DNA of 64,000 bases from Marsupella aquatica (taxonomy: Eukaryota; Plantae; Marchantiophyta), in NCBI GenBank assembly GCA_973895155.1, contig OZ316897.1, positions 8,951,832 to 9,015,831 on the forward strand, written 5' to 3'. Position numbers and translations under genes: made by a program. Below are positions 62,701 through 64,000 of the stretch, piece after piece; within the stretch, counting starts at the first letter, position 1; each line of letters starts with the position of its first letter. The notes beneath the pieces are model-generated. The model made no database searches. It was not told where the DNA came from and saw only the letters and a list, made by a program, of their open reading frames with translations.

Positions 62701-63299
62701 AGGCCCAGCCTCTTTTTCTACAAAACAAGTTCAATCCCCATGCCTTGCACAGAAGATGTTGTTGCATAAAAGATTTGTTAAGTAAAAGATGTCGTTAAGT
62801 CAAAAATGTCTTTTAGTAATAGATATTGCGCAATAGATATTGTTAAGTAAAAGAAGTTGTTGCAAAAAAGATGTTGTTAAGTATAAGATTTCAATTATCG
62901 AAAAAAGATGATGATGTGCAAAAGATGTCTTTGTGTAAAATATGTCATTACACAACTATGTAAAAGAGGTTTTCATATGTGGTGGTCCCTTCACATATGC
63001 ATCCGTAAACCTTGCCACCCAAGCCTAGAGTAGTTTGGCCCCCAACGGGTCGCTATTTCATTCATATAGATATTCATTTTTGCAAGTATATTTTATTTCA
63101 GGGGATGTACTCATTTCATGGGAGTACCAAGGGGAGGGGCGAGCACACTCTCCTTGCATTGTGTGGCACATGGGGAGTACATTTTGTTAGATATTGCTCT
63201 TAGTCTTGTTGACTCATGAGCTAACTACAGTTAGTCTAACTCGGGTTAGGACTTAGCTAATGTTAGCGGTAGTGCTGTTGTGCATATAGCCAGGGCTGA

Positions 63300-64000
63300 T
63301 GCCAGACCCTGGTGGAACTTAGGCTCATTGTTACAGAGCTAGTTGAGAGATAGGGAGAGCTTGTGTTGTGGATGCTTGGTATGGCCGGTCGGCCTAGAGT
63401 GCAGTAAAGCTCTTGTGTGTTCCCGTGGACGTAGTCTCATGTGGAGGTGAACCACGTATCTCTCTGTGTCGACTATTGTGCGTTGGATAATGCATGTACT
63501 TTTCACATTTGCTCTAGGAGAGGTTTTTTCAGTTCTTACACGGATTCCAATGGTTCAGTGTTGATGGGAAATGGAATCCCATGTCAAGTTGTTGGACTTA
63601 GATCTGTAAGATTTCATATGTTTGATGGTGCTGTAAGAACATTGAGAAATGTGAGATATATTCCCAGCATGATGAAAAATCTCATTTCACTTGGAGTTTT
63701 AGAAGCAAATGGCCATCAGTGGAGTTTTGCTAATGGTGTCCTTCAGGTTTCAACTAGAACTAAAGTTGTATTGAAGGGAAAGAGATATAGCAATCTATAC
63801 GTTTTGGAGGGCAATGTAGTTTGTGATGAAACCAATGTAACCTTATCTCATGAGGAGACGGCCTGGCTGTGGCACTTCCGTTTGGGCCACATGACTGAAA
63901 AAGGTTTGGTTATTCTTCAAAAAAAATGATTACTTTCTAATTTGCAATCTTGTAAGTTGGAATTTTGTGAGCACTGTGTGCTAGGGAAGCAGCACAGGAA
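63300..64000 (+). mobile_element. Ty1/Copia (Tnt1-like) fragment: LTR U5-like sequence joined directly to protease and GAG-pre-integrase
   Basis: CCCGTGGACGTAG...GAACCACGTA (LTR-like) followed by LDNACTFHIC...MGNG...LRNVRYIP..KNLISLG and LWHFRLGHM...CEHCVLGKQH. Stop at 63927. Confidence 0.8.

Overview
Eukaryotic, intron-containing plant DNA. An intact alpha/beta-hydrolase-NB-ARC-LRR (HNL) gene points to a liverwort-type bryophyte. Bases ~1-45,800 are a nest of decayed transposons. (i) A probable LTR retroelement end with a 775-aa minus-strand accessory ORF sits in the transposase of (ii) a CACTA element ending at 18,459. The CACTA contains (iii) a 10.4-kb TIR element with a P-element-type DDE transposase and a captured lipid-transfer-protein gene. 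Next is (iv) a >25-kb Sola-like (DUF7869, DDD) element whose transposase is split by (v) a 10.7-kb non-TIR Mutator-like element flanked by a 13-bp target duplication. Main finding: the MULE and the Sola-like element each carry, head-to-head with the transposase, an intron-containing gene for a ParB/Sulfiredoxin-like domain fused to a C-terminal N4C/N6A DNA-methyltransferase-like domain. A third ParB-like gene is also present. Each element carries its own CpG-containing palindromes in introns and promoters (CTAGCGA-NN-TCGCTAG; GCCTCGCCC-NNN-GGGCGAGGC; GGGTCGGAA-NNN-KTTYRACCC; CGATAA-NN-TTATCG). This looks like a transposon-encoded ParB/parS-like self-recognition or anti-silencing module (inference). 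Bases ~47,400-56,600 hold host genes: the HNL gene, which abuts a duplicated rubredoxin remnant, and an intact plastid-targeted rubredoxin-like gene. A degenerate repeat array and a deleted Copia fragment follow. All domain calls are by eye from motifs; no searches were run.
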